Source: Rhizobiaceae bacterium
Lineage (GTDB): Bacteria > Pseudomonadota > Alphaproteobacteria > Rhizobiales > Rhizobiaceae
Assembly: GCA_027483885.1 (NCBI GenBank)
Contig: JAIXTO010000112.1
Coordinates: 19,870-83,869, forward strand
DNA: 64,000 bases
Direction: 5' to 3'
Part shown: in pieces, positions 35,937 through 45,120 of the stretch
Layout of the letters: each line of letters opens with the position of its first letter
Numbering within the stretch: position 1 is the first letter of the stretch
Position numbers and translations under genes: made by a program
The notes under the pieces: model-generated
Database searches by the model: none
What the model saw: only the letters and a program-made list of their open reading frames with translations
Told to the model about the DNA's origin: nothing

Positions 35937-36268
35937 TGCAGCGCCTTGCCGTGGTGTATCGCGCCGAAGCGCTGGACGACCTTCGTGGCATCTATGACGC
36001 TATCTGGGAACTGAGTCGGAACGCGGTCACAGCCAGAGGTTTTGTCGAGCGGATCATGGCACGATGCCGCAAGATCGGCGATGCCCCGCGCGGAGGCCGC
36101 TTGCGGGATGATCTGGCGGTAGGGCTTCGAACCGTGCCGTTCGAACATTCCGCGGTGATCGCCTATGTGGTGCAGGACGACCAAGTGCAGATCACCAATA
36201 TCTTTTATGGCGGGCGAGATTTCGAAGCGCTGTATCGCACGGATGAAGCCGGCAGCAAAAGCGAGTAG
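35936..36268 (+). CDS. parE: ParE/RelE-family type II toxin
   Basis: MQRLAVVYRAEALDDLRGIYDAIWELS...VPFEHSAVIAYVVQDDQVQITNIFYGGRDFEAL. Internal ATG of ORF 35873..36268. Confidence 0.8.
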   Translation: MQRLAVVYRAEALDDLRGIYDAIWELSRNAVTARGFVERIMARCRKIGDAPRGGRLRDDLAVGLRTVPFEHSAVIAYVVQDDQVQITNIFYGGRDFEALYRTDEAGSKSE

Positions 36269-36327
36269 CATTTCCTGCTGTCGTTTGAGCTATATGGACC
36301 CGGCCGCGTTTTTGCGAAAAAACACGC

Positions 36328-36741
36328 TCAATGCTCGTGGTCGCACAATCCGTGATCCGAGAGCGCTCGGATGACATAACAGTCCTCGACCGTGTGGCCG
36401 GAGCAGTGGGAGACGATGCGTTCCAGTTCGTGTTCCAGCTTTTTCAGCTTGTCGATCTTTTCGCGCACGTCGGCGAGGTGGGCGAGCGCGATGCGGTCGG
36501 CGCCCTCGCAGGCGTCCTTGGGGTGGTGGCTGAGCGCAATCAGTTCGCGGATGCGCTCGATCTCGAAGCCGAGGTCGCGGGCGTGGCGGATGAAGGCCAG
36601 CCGTTCCAGATCCTCGCGGCCATAACGCCGCTGGTTGCCGCCGGAACGTTCGGCCGCCGCCATCAGCCCCATCTGCTCGTAATAGCGGATGGTCGGAACT
36701 TTCACGCCGGTGCGCCGGGACAATTCACCAATCGAGAGCAT
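36328..36741 (-). CDS. MerR-family heavy-metal-responsive transcriptional activator
   Basis: ATG 36741 (MLSIGELSRRTGVKVPTIRYYEQMGL). Metal-loop Cys in HPKDACEG and SHCSGHTVEDC (C-x7-C), plus a His/Cys tail. Confidence 0.85.
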   Translation of the reverse strand: MLSIGELSRRTGVKVPTIRYYEQMGLMAAAERSGGNQRRYGREDLERLAFIRHARDLGFEIERIRELIALSHHPKDACEGADRIALAHLADVREKIDKLKKLEHELERIVSHCSGHTVEDCYVIRALSDHGLCDHEH

Positions 36742-36758
36742 TTTTTCAAAATTACCGC

Positions 36759-36789
36759 TTGAACCTCTAGTTGCTAGAGCAATTATGTA
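36759..36789 (+). promoter_or_regulatory. MerR-type promoter/operator for the CDF gene
   Basis: -35 TTGAAC (36759-64), 19-nt spacer containing the perfect palindrome CTCTAGttgCTAGAG (36765-79), -10 TATGTA (36784-89). Confidence 0.75.
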
Positions 36790-36827
36790 CGGTGTCACCA
36801 CGCCAGATCAAGCAAAAAGGTGACATC

Positions 36828-37595
36828 ATGAGTGCGTCCTGCGGCCATCACCACGGCACATTCGAAGGGCTTTCCGACGATTATCGGCGGCGCCTCTGGG
36901 CCGTGATCGTCATCAATGCGGCCATGTTCTTTGTCGAGATGACGGCGGGGCATCTGGCGCGGTCGCAGGCGCTGCAGGCCGATGCGCTGGATTTTTTTGC
37001 CGATGCCGTCACCTATGGCATTTCGCTCGCGGTCATCGGAGCATCGCTGAAGGTTCGCACCTTGGCGGCGGCGGCCAAGGGGGCGAGCCTGTTTTTCATC
37101 GGCCTCTGGGTGTTCGGCTCCACCGTCTACCGCGTGTTTGCGACCGGCGTGCCGGAAGCGGAGGTGATGGGCGTCATCGGCTTCCTGGCGCTTGCCGCCA
37201 ATCTGTTCAGCGTGCTGCTTCTCGTCAACTACAAGGACGGCGATGCCAATGTGCGTTCAGTCTGGCTCTGCTCGCGCAATGATGCCATCGGCAATGTCGT
37301 CGTGATGCTGGCGGCAACCGGGGTCTGGGGCACGGCATCGGCCTGGCCGGATCTTGCGGTTGCAGGCGTGATGGCCGGACTGTTCCTCACGTCTTCGGTG
37401 CAGATCGTGCGCCAGTCCTGGACGGAATGGAAAACAAAGGGCGCCATCGACCCGAACCTCGATCCGCATGATCACGGAAGTGACGAGACGGGCCACGCCG
37501 CCCATGCCTGCTGCGCCGGGCATTCGGATCACGCCGATCACTCTCACCACTCGGGCCATTCCGACCATGATGGCAGGCAAGCGCACCGCCACTGA
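36828..37595 (+). CDS. cation diffusion facilitator (CzcD/ZitB-like) divalent-metal efflux transporter
   Basis: ATG 36828 (MSASCGHHHGTFEG). 6 TM helices with the HLARSQALQADALDFFADA motif. His-rich C-terminal tail. Confidence 0.85.
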   Translation: MSASCGHHHGTFEGLSDDYRRRLWAVIVINAAMFFVEMTAGHLARSQALQADALDFFADAVTYGISLAVIGASLKVRTLAAAAKGASLFFIGLWVFGSTVYRVFATGVPEAEVMGVIGFLALAANLFSVLLLVNYKDGDANVRSVWLCSRNDAIGNVVVMLAATGVWGTASAWPDLAVAGVMAGLFLTSSVQIVRQSWTEWKTKGAIDPNLDPHDHGSDETGHAAHACCAGHSDHADHSHHSGHSDHDGRQAHRH

Positions 37596-37617
37596 CCGTT
37601 TGCCGGCCGGATACCAG

Positions 37618-37648
37618 CGCCTTGCCGCACGCGGCGAGGCGTTTTTTT
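37618..37648 (+). terminator. strong intrinsic terminator after the first CDF gene
   Basis: Stem CGCCTTGCCGC / GCGGCGAGGCG followed by T7. Confidence 0.8.
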
Positions 37649-37715
37649 ATGCCTGTTTTCGCAGCGCCTGAACACGAGATAGGCAGCGGGCAACTTGCGC
37701 CGCACCAAATTGATG

Positions 37716-37736
37716 ATAGGGTAGGGGGGTATAGTA
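37716..37736 (+). promoter_or_regulatory. G-tract operator of RcnR/DmeR type
   Basis: ATAGGGTAGGGGGGTATAGTA: a G6 tract flanked by TA-rich arms ending in AGTA, 16 nt upstream of the dmeR ATG. This resembles TACT-G6-N-AGTA RcnR sites. Confidence 0.7.
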
Positions 37737-37751
37737 AAAATTGAGAATGCC

Positions 37752-38024
37752 ATGTCGCATACCATTCGTGACGGTGAAAAACTTCTGGCGCGGGTGCGCC
37801 GCCTGAAGGGCCAGATGGAGGCCGTCGAGCGGGCGCTGGAAGCGCAAAAACCGTGCGGCGATGTGCTGCAACTGCTCGCCTCCATTCGCGGTGCGCTGAA
37901 CGGGCTGACCGGCGAGGTGATGCAGGCGCATCTGCACGACCATGTGCTGCACGCCACCGACGAAGCCGAGCGGGCAAAGGCTGCCGAGGAACTGGCTGCG
38001 GCGCTGCGCAGCTACATCCGCTGA
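37752..38024 (+). CDS. dmeR: CsoR/RcnR-family Ni/Co-responsive repressor (DmeR)
   Basis: 90 aa. The RcnR fingerprint His3-Cys35-His60-His64 is present (MSH..., KPCGD, QAHLHDH). Immediately upstream of a DmeF-type CDF gene. Confidence 0.85.
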   Translation: MSHTIRDGEKLLARVRRLKGQMEAVERALEAQKPCGDVLQLLASIRGALNGLTGEVMQAHLHDHVLHATDEAERAKAAEELAAALRSYIR

Positions 38025-38098
38025 TGCGATCGTCCGACCGCTCGCGCCCGACCGGCCGAGCCGGATTGCCTGAATAGAAGATTTCCCGGAGACCCGCC

Positions 38099-39094
38099 AT
38101 GACCGCTTCCTCCTCGCACGACCACGTATTCCTGGGCGAAAACCATGATCGCAACGCCAAAAAGGTTTGGCTGGTGATTGTGATCACCACCGTGATGATG
38201 GTGGGCGAGATCGTCGCCGGCACGCTTTATGGCTCCATGGCGCTTCTGGCGGATGGCTGGCACATGTCCACCCATGCCGGCGCCATGCTGATTGCCGCCG
38301 GGGCCTACTGGTATGCCAAGCGTGAGGCGAAAAGCGGTCGCTTCACCTTCGGCACCGGCAAGCTTGGCGATCTCGCAGGTTTTGCCAGTGCGGTGGCGCT
38401 GGCGCTGATCGCTCTCTTGATTGCCGTCGAAAGCCTGGTGCGGCTGGCAAGCCCTGTCGCCATCGAGTTCAATCAGGCGATCGTCGTCGCCGTGCTCGGG
38501 CTTGGCGTCAACCTCGTCAGCGCCTGGCTGCTGAAGGACGATCATCATCACGGCCACAGCCATGGGCATCATTTTGCGCACGAAGACCACGACGATCATG
38601 CAGCCCATGAGGGTCACCACGGGCATCACGGCCACCATGGCCATCACGGCCACCATGCCCCGGCCAAGGCGGCAGACAACAACCTGCGCGCCGCCTACCT
38701 GCATGTGCTCGCGGATGCGCTGACCTCGGTTCTCGCCATCGCAGCACTCCTGGCCGGGCGCGCCTATGGCTGGATCTGGCTCGATCCGGTAATGGGTATC
38801 GTCGGCGGTCTGGTGATTGCCCGCTGGTCCTTCGGGCTGATGCGCGACACATCCGGCGTCCTTCTCGATGCCGTGCCGGAAAAGGGCGGGCTGTCGCAAA
38901 AAATCCGCACCCGCGTCGAAGGGACCGGTGCCGAGGTGACGGACCTGCATGTCTGGCAGCTGGGGCCGGGCCACCATGCGGCGATCGTTGCCCTTTGCGC
39001 GCGCGATCCGCTGGAGCCTGCCGCCTACAAGGAAAAACTGCGGGATCTTGAAAGCCTGTCACATGTCACCGTGGAGGTGATGCGGGTCGCGTGA
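38099..39094 (+). CDS. dmeF: CDF-family cobalt/nickel efflux transporter (DmeF)
   Basis: N-terminal HDH. TM motifs LLADGWHMSTHAGA. Long His-rich loop DDHHHGHSHGHH...HHGHHGHHGHHGHH. Confidence 0.85.
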   Translation: MTASSSHDHVFLGENHDRNAKKVWLVIVITTVMMVGEIVAGTLYGSMALLADGWHMSTHAGAMLIAAGAYWYAKREAKSGRFTFGTGKLGDLAGFASAVALALIALLIAVESLVRLASPVAIEFNQAIVVAVLGLGVNLVSAWLLKDDHHHGHSHGHHFAHEDHDDHAAHEGHHGHHGHHGHHGHHAPAKAADNNLRAAYLHVLADALTSVLAIAALLAGRAYGWIWLDPVMGIVGGLVIARWSFGLMRDTSGVLLDAVPEKGGLSQKIRTRVEGTGAEVTDLHVWQLGPGHHAAIVALCARDPLEPAAYKEKLRDLESLSHVTVEVMRVA

Positions 39095-39266
39095 CCGCCA
39101 TCTGAACGTTTTTTTGGGGTGGCGGCATCCTGCAGGCCAATCCCGGGGGGATTGTCGGGGCGGTCATGCAGGCTAGATATGGGTGCTCTCAGGCAGAGAA
39201 CGACCGGCAAAGGCCCGTAGGGACGGCCCGCGCTATCGCGCAACCGGCTTGCCGGTTTGTGCGCGA

Positions 39267-39545
39267 TCAGAATTCCGAGTAGACGTCTTCCACCTGCTCC
39301 ACAGAGGGAGCGGGAGCCTGGAGAATGCGGGAGGCATCGTGCGGTTCTGTTCCGGCACGCGCGTTTTCCACCATCCACAGCGCGTTCGACAGCGAAGAGG
39401 ATAAAAGCGTGCTGCTGCCGGTCAGGGCTGAGGCGGAGCGTTTGCGCGTCTCCGGCTGGCTTTGTGCGGGTTCTTCGGTCCGGCGGTCGATACCGTAGGT
39501 TCGCCCGGAATATCCATACCCGCTCAGTCCGCTGTCAATCTGCAT
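39267..39545 (-). CDS. hypothetical protein (92 aa), no recognisable family
   Basis: Isolated ORF with GC3-rich codon usage, but a weak RBS and a Ser/Thr-rich low-complexity middle. Confidence 0.4.
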   Translation of the reverse strand: MQIDSGLSGYGYSGRTYGIDRRTEEPAQSQPETRKRSASALTGSSTLLSSSLSNALWMVENARAGTEPHDASRILQAPAPSVEQVEDVYSEF

Positions 39546-39714
39546 GGCGGTCTGTCCGTGGTTGTTTTCGTTAAGAATGTGTTAACTGATCAAGCTTGCG
39601 CGAGGCTTGCGGTATCTCGCAAATGCGAGAAAGCGGGCATTGACAGGCAGCCGCTTCTGACGGTTGCCGGCGCCTGCTTCGCCGCGACGATGGAGTTTTT
39701 TAAAAGGTCGCGCC

Positions 39715-41439
39715 TCAGCCCGACGCCGCAAGGGCGCCTGCCACATCGCTTTCGGCCATCGCCAGAGCCGGCACGACCGAAAGGGTCGGACCAGGTGCAG
39801 GTGTGCTGTCGCCATGGATGCGGCAGCAATCGCGTCCATCGGCCTTGGCCCGGTACAGTGCGACGTCTGCGGCCCTGACTGCCTCGTCAATCGTGGTCGC
39901 GCCTTCGGTCGAGAGGAAAATACCGGCGGAGAAGGTGAGCGTCGGGCTGTCGTTGCCGGCAAGTCTGGTGCCGGCCAGTCTTGTGTCCGCAAGTCTTGTG
40001 TCCGCCAGTCGGGCCTTCCACTCGGCGCACCGTTCCTCCACCTTTTGGCGGCTGGTTTGCGGCATCAGCACCAGAAACTCCTCGCCGCCCCAGCGGAACA
40101 CGCTGTCTGAGGGATCGAGGCTTTCCTGCAGCATGGTAGCAAACACCTTCAGCACGTCGTCGCCCGTCTGATGGCCGTAGCGGTCGTTGAAGGATTTGAA
40201 ATGGTCGATATCGACGATGGCAATCGCCAGAACCGCATTCGGCTGCTCTGCGCCCATGGTGGCGCTCAGTGCCGTCTCGGCACGATGCTGCATCAGCGGC
40301 GGGAAAACTTCCTGCGCGTGGCGGCGGTTGTAAAGCCCGGTCAGGTGGTCGCGGATGGCCTCTTCACGCAACAGCGCCTGCAGGTGCAGATTGTCGGACA
40401 GTTTCAGTTCCAGATCGCGCGACAGGTCGGCGAGCCGCGTCTGGTCGGCCTTGCGCAACGAGATATCGCGCATCACGATCATCCGCCCGCCGATGCGCCC
40501 CCAGGGCCGCAGCGAGTGGCAGGAGACCTCGTAGGTGCAGCTATTCCCGCCAAGCGTCAGTTCGTGCCGCTCGCCATCGTCCTCGGTCATGGTTTTGAGA
40601 AAAGCGACGATTTCCGCCGGCTCGTGCAAAAACTTGCCGATTGGCTGCACGGGAATGCCTGGCAGGCTTGCCGCTGCCGGGTTCAGTTCCAGAATGCGGC
40701 CCGCCTCGTCCAGCACGATCACAGGATCGGGCAGAACGGCAAAAATCGCATCACGGCCGATGGGCGGCAGCACGAAAAGCCGGCCGAACAATTGCGCGCC
40801 CAGCATGAAGGCCCCGGTGCCGGCAAAAACGAATGGGGTCGGATCGTCATCGAAGATCATGAAGCCATAGGCGGTATAGGCGATATTGGCCGCGAGCGGC
40901 AGCAGTGCCGACACCAGCAGCGCCCAGAGTTGCCACTGGTGAATGCCGCGCGAACGCAGAGTCAGCACAATGCCGGAACAGCAGGAAATCGCCATGGCCG
41001 TATAGGCCAGCGCTTTGGCGACCGAATAGAGCCAGCCATGGCGAAACAGCATGGTTTTTGCGTCGAGCAGCTCGATATAAAGGCCGTGGTGCCAGTCGTT
41101 GGTCAGCGCCATGATGCCGAAGAACGCGCTGAGCGCGCCAAGCGCGATGAGGTGCCAGCCCTTTTCCGATTCGCGGCCGCGTGCATAACTTAAAAAACTC
41201 AAGGACCAGTAGAGCGGGGTGCCCATGATGCCGAACCAGGCAAGCTTGGAGGCCAGGATATGCTGGGAAAGATCCTGGCTGCTGTGCCGGTACAGCACAC
41301 ATCCTGTCCACCACAGGGCCATCAGGATGGACAGGGCAAACGCCTTGCGGCCGGGCGCATTGGGCGCCCGCACCGTGCCGACCATGATCAGCACGCCCAT
41401 GACGATCACTGCAGCCAGCAGTCCGATCGATACACTCAA
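39715..41439 (-). CDS. membrane diguanylate cyclase (7TM sensor - PAS - GGDEF)
   Basis: N-terminal ~7 TM helices, PAS-like segment, RxxD-type site region, active-site GGEEF (RWGGEEFLVLM). The ORF opens with TTG 41439, so the start is uncertain. Confidence 0.85.
   Translation of the reverse strand: MSVSIGLLAAVIVMGVLIMVGTVRAPNAPGRKAFALSILMALWWTGCVLYRHSSQDLSQHILASKLAWFGIMGTPLYWSLSFLSYARGRESEKGWHLIALGALSAFFGIMALTNDWHHGLYIELLDAKTMLFRHGWLYSVAKALAYTAMAISCCSGIVLTLRSRGIHQWQLWALLVSALLPLAANIAYTAYGFMIFDDDPTPFVFAGTGAFMLGAQLFGRLFVLPPIGRDAIFAVLPDPVIVLDEAGRILELNPAAASLPGIPVQPIGKFLHEPAEIVAFLKTMTEDDGERHELTLGGNSCTYEVSCHSLRPWGRIGGRMIVMRDISLRKADQTRLADLSRDLELKLSDNLHLQALLREEAIRDHLTGLYNRRHAQEVFPPLMQHRAETALSATMGAEQPNAVLAIAIVDIDHFKSFNDRYGHQTGDDVLKVFATMLQESLDPSDSVFRWGGEEFLVLMPQTSRQKVEERCAEWKARLADTRLADTRLAGTRLAGNDSPTLTFSAGIFLSTEGATTIDEAVRAADVALYRAKADGRDCCRIHGDSTPAPGPTLSVVPALAMAESDVAGALAASG
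39956..40015 (-). repeat. in-frame 15-bp x 4 tandem repeat inside the GGDEF domain
   Basis: ccggcaagtctggtg / ccggccagtcttgtg / tccgcaagtcttgtg / tccgccagtcgggcc, encoding RLADTRLADTRLAGTRLAG. Confidence 0.85.
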
Positions 41440-41657
41440 AGCTTTAAACCCCTGCCCTTACACCATTCCTGCTTCGGACGATGCGTTTCTGCGCTATACC
41501 ACGACATGCTGAATCGTGCATGTCTTCTTGCTCTTTTGCCAATAGAAACATCGGCCTTACAGATGGAGAATGGCACAGTATGTCCCGCAACGGGACAAGG
41601 AAAGCGCTGTTGTGAGGTCGTCAGGAGGATTGTCGGCGGGTGCGGCGCGAAGGGCGC

Positions 41658-42920
41658 TCAGCTGTGGTTGAAAAGCCGCGCGTATTCGTCCTCGATCCTC
41701 TTTCGATCCTCGCCGAATGTCAGCGATTCGCGAGCCCGGGCAAGGGCGGACGCGGCCATGCGGCGGGCGGCGGCGCTGGCCGGCGCCGAGGAATGGGCAG
41801 AAATTGCCGCCAGCGATTTCTGCAGGCGGATTGCCACTTCGAGAAGTCCGGCGCCATCGCGCGATATCGGCATGAAGGCGGCCTCCATGAGGTCGTCTTC
41901 GGCAATATCCAAGAGATAGATGCGCTCATGGAGAACTTTGGACGGTTCTTCGGGGCCGGTGTCGGCGGCCATCAGCCTTGTCAGCGTCGCCAGCACGTCA
42001 ATGGCCGTGCCGGGATCGTTGATGCCAGGTGACAGCGCCTTCGAGCCGATTTCCGAGAGCGCGATCAGGCCAAACCGCGGGTCCTGGTCAAAGGAGCGGC
42101 GGTTGCCGATGGTGAAGGCGGACGCGATGCGGCCGGGCACGGTGTCTTCCAGCGTCCGGCTCTTGTCGCTGAGCGTCAGGTGAGCGATTGGCACCGTCGG
42201 CTCGCAATGGCTGCCGGGCCGGCGCTCCACGTGAAGGGTCGCATCGAGTTCCTCGGCAATATCCGACAGGGCCGCCATGTCGAGATGCTGGAGATAACCG
42301 ATGCGCGGATGGAAGATGGCAATTGCACCGACAGCGGGCGGTGCCCACGGATTGGCGCCAAAAATCGGCGCGGCGCGGTAGGCACTGAACGCCTTTTGCG
42401 CGGCTTCCTCGACGCGCGAGATGGTTTCGCCCATGCGGCCGAGGCCGGCCAGATGATCGATCCAGCGCAGAAGCGTCACGACGATCAGCGCCACCATGAT
42501 GAGAGTCGCAATGAACAGCACAAAACGCCCGCGCTCGCCGTAAAGCTCGGTATTCAGCGCAATCAGTCCGACCAGCGAAAACAGGAAGGCGCCAAGAAAG
42601 GTGGAGAGCGCCCGCTGCGCCGTGCGGTCTTCCAGAAGCAGGCTGGTGGCGCGGGGCGTTGCGGCATCAGCCGCCGCACTCGTTGCAGACACGAGCGTCG
42701 TCAGCGAGAATGTGGTGACGGCGAGCATGCTGGACGCGATGATCGACAGGATGCTGTCGACCGCATTGGAGCCGAAAGAACGCGGCAGATCGTCGGGCAG
42801 GTAAGGCGCAATCCAGATGGCGGCGAGCGCCGAGACCACGCCGAACAGGCAATAAAGCGTGGCGGTGAACCACAGCCGCCGCATCATGCGCGAGATGAAC
42901 CACCACTGCCTGGAAAACAT
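41658..42920 (-). CDS. DUF2254 family membrane protein
   Basis: ATG 42920 (MFSRQWWFISRMMRRLWFTATLYCLFG) with GAGGAG RBS. 4 N-terminal TM helices and a large soluble C-terminal domain. Confidence 0.75.
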   Translation of the reverse strand: MFSRQWWFISRMMRRLWFTATLYCLFGVVSALAAIWIAPYLPDDLPRSFGSNAVDSILSIIASSMLAVTTFSLTTLVSATSAAADAATPRATSLLLEDRTAQRALSTFLGAFLFSLVGLIALNTELYGERGRFVLFIATLIMVALIVVTLLRWIDHLAGLGRMGETISRVEEAAQKAFSAYRAAPIFGANPWAPPAVGAIAIFHPRIGYLQHLDMAALSDIAEELDATLHVERRPGSHCEPTVPIAHLTLSDKSRTLEDTVPGRIASAFTIGNRRSFDQDPRFGLIALSEIGSKALSPGINDPGTAIDVLATLTRLMAADTGPEEPSKVLHERIYLLDIAEDDLMEAAFMPISRDGAGLLEVAIRLQKSLAAISAHSSAPASAAARRMAASALARARESLTFGEDRKRIEDEYARLFNHS

Positions 42921-42999
42921 CGCATCTCCTCGCCGTCTCAGTCTTTCCTCGCGATGGCGAAACCTTGCCGCCATCGCGAGATCCAGACCTTCACGCAGC

Positions 43000-45120
43000 T
43001 TACATGCGGCCCGCCATCTTGATGGCGAAGGCATATTCGAAGGCGATTTCCTCCAGCCGCTGGAAACGCCCGGATTTTCCGCCATGGCCGGCTGCCATGT
43101 TGGTCTTCAGCAGGTAAGGGCCGGCGTCGGGTGCTGAATCGCGCAATTTTGCCACCCATTTCGTCGGTTCCCAATAGGTGACGCGGGGATCGGTGAGGCC
43201 GGAAATGGCGAGAATTGGTGGATAGGATTTTGTTCCTACGTTGTCATAGGGCGAATAGGCGGCGATCCACTGATACTCTTCAGCCGATTCCAGCGGGTTG
43301 CCCCATTCCGGCCATTCGGGCGGCGTCAGCGGCAGCGTATCGTCCAGCATGGTGGTGAGCACGTCGACAAAGGGCACGGCTGCGATAATGCCGGCGAATT
43401 TTTCCGGCGCCATATTGGCAATCGCCCCCATCAGCATGCCGCCGGCAGAACCGCCCTCGGCGATGATGTTGTCATAGGCGGTAAAGCCTTCCGCCACCAG
43501 ATGGTCTGCCGCCGCGATGAAATCCTTGAAGGTGTTTTCCTTCATCTCCATCTTGCCGTCTTCGTACCAGGAAAACCCCTTGTCCTTGCCGCCGCGCACA
43601 TGGGCGATGGCATAAACGAAACCGCGGTCTGCCAGCGACAGGTTGGTGGTCGAAAACGAGGCGGGAATGCTGATGCCATAGGCGCCGTAGCCGTAGAGCA
43701 GGCAGGGGGCGGAGCCGTCGAGCTTCGTCTCCTTGCGGTAAAGCAGCGAGATCGGCACCAGCGCGCCATCATGCGACACCGCCATCACACGGCGCGTCAC
43801 GTAATCATCGGGGTTGTGGCCGGAGGGAACCTCCTGCGTTTTCAAGAGCGTGCGCTCGCGCGTGGCCATGTTGTAATCGTAAAGCTGCGAGGGCGTCGTC
43901 ATCGAGGAATAGGAAAAGCGGATGACGTCGGTGTCGTATTCGGCAGCGCCGGAAAGGCCGAGCGAATAGGCCTCTTCGGCAAAGGCGATCGAATGTTCCT
44001 CGCCGCTTTTGCGGTCGCGGACGACGATGCGCGGCAGGCCGTCGCGCCGTTCCAGCCACACCAGATGGCGGGCAAAGGCCATATGGTTGAGGATGAGGCG
44101 GCCCGGCTCGTGGGCCACCAGGTCTTTCCAGTTTTCTTTGCCCGGTGCATTAAACGGAGCCTCGACGATCTTGAAATCCTTGGCGCCATCGGCGTTGGTG
44201 AGGATGTAGAAGACGTCGCCGCCCTCGGTCATCGAATATTCGATACCCTCTTCACGCTCGGCCACCAGAACGGGTTCGGCGGTTAGATCCCTGGTGGAGA
44301 GGATGCGGTATTCCGACGTTTCGTGGTCGTGGATGTCGATATAGATCACATCATCCAGTAGCGAGCCGCCGACGCCCATGAAGAAGCCCGGATCGGTTTC
44401 CTCAAACACCAGACGGTCGGCCGATTGCGGTTCGCCGACAATGTGGTGGAAGACTTTCGACGGACGATGGTTTTCGTCCTGCAGCGTATAAAAGAAGCTC
44501 TTGCCATCGGGCGCCCAGACGCCGTCGCCGGCGGTATTTTCGATGACATCGGGCAGATCCTCGCCAGTTGAGAGATCGCGCACCCGCAGCGTAAAATATT
44601 CAGAACCCTTGTCGTCATAACCCCAGATGCCGAAGGCATGGTTGGAGGAATGGTCGATGCCGGATAGGCGGAAATAATCCTTGCCCACGGCCTCACGGTC
44701 GCCGTCGAGCAGCAGTTCGCGGTCGCCGCCGTCGCGGGGCGTGCGGAAATAATGCGCCTGCTCGCCGCCGGTCACATAAAGCGTGCCATAGGCAAACGGT
44801 CCATCCTTCATCGGAACCGACGAATCGTCTTCCTTGATGCGGCCCTTCATCTCGGCAAACAGCGTCTTCTGCAGGTCTTTCGTATCGCCGAGGGCTGCTT
44901 CCATATAGGCGTTTTCCGCCTCCAGATGGGCGCGGATGTCTGGGTCGAGCAGGCTCGGATCCTTGAACATCGCCTGCCAGTTGTCGGCGCGCATCCAGGC
45001 ATAATCATCCGTGCGGGTCATGCCGTGGTGGGTATCGCTCACCGGCTTTTTCGGCGCAATCGGCGGGGAAGGGAGGTTCTGGAAAACGGCTTTGGAACGG
45101 GCCAAGGGACACTCCGGCAT
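43000..45120 (-). CDS. ptrB: S9-family serine peptidase, oligopeptidase B-like
   Basis: N-terminal PSPPIAPKKPVSDTHHGMTRTDDYAWMRADNW. Beta-propeller region. Catalytic GGSAGGMLMG. ATG 45120 chosen by homology expectation; in-frame ATGs lie at 45204 and 45273. Confidence 0.8.
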   Translation of the reverse strand: MPECPLARSKAVFQNLPSPPIAPKKPVSDTHHGMTRTDDYAWMRADNWQAMFKDPSLLDPDIRAHLEAENAYMEAALGDTKDLQKTLFAEMKGRIKEDDSSVPMKDGPFAYGTLYVTGGEQAHYFRTPRDGGDRELLLDGDREAVGKDYFRLSGIDHSSNHAFGIWGYDDKGSEYFTLRVRDLSTGEDLPDVIENTAGDGVWAPDGKSFFYTLQDENHRPSKVFHHIVGEPQSADRLVFEETDPGFFMGVGGSLLDDVIYIDIHDHETSEYRILSTRDLTAEPVLVAEREEGIEYSMTEGGDVFYILTNADGAKDFKIVEAPFNAPGKENWKDLVAHEPGRLILNHMAFARHLVWLERRDGLPRIVVRDRKSGEEHSIAFAEEAYSLGLSGAAEYDTDVIRFSYSSMTTPSQLYDYNMATRERTLLKTQEVPSGHNPDDYVTRRVMAVSHDGALVPISLLYRKETKLDGSAPCLLYGYGAYGISIPASFSTTNLSLADRGFVYAIAHVRGGKDKGFSWYEDGKMEMKENTFKDFIAAADHLVAEGFTAYDNIIAEGGSAGGMLMGAIANMAPEKFAGIIAAVPFVDVLTTMLDDTLPLTPPEWPEWGNPLESAEEYQWIAAYSPYDNVGTKSYPPILAISGLTDPRVTYWEPTKWVAKLRDSAPDAGPYLLKTNMAAGHGGKSGRFQRLEEIAFEYAFAIKMAGRM

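Noticed and set aside
37470-38660. Short periodic repeats of CAC/CAT/GGC codons that looked like a microsatellite or CRISPR-like periodicity
   Set aside because: They are in frame and encode the His-rich metal-binding tail and loop of the two CDF transporters. There is no spacer-repeat architecture and no cas genes.
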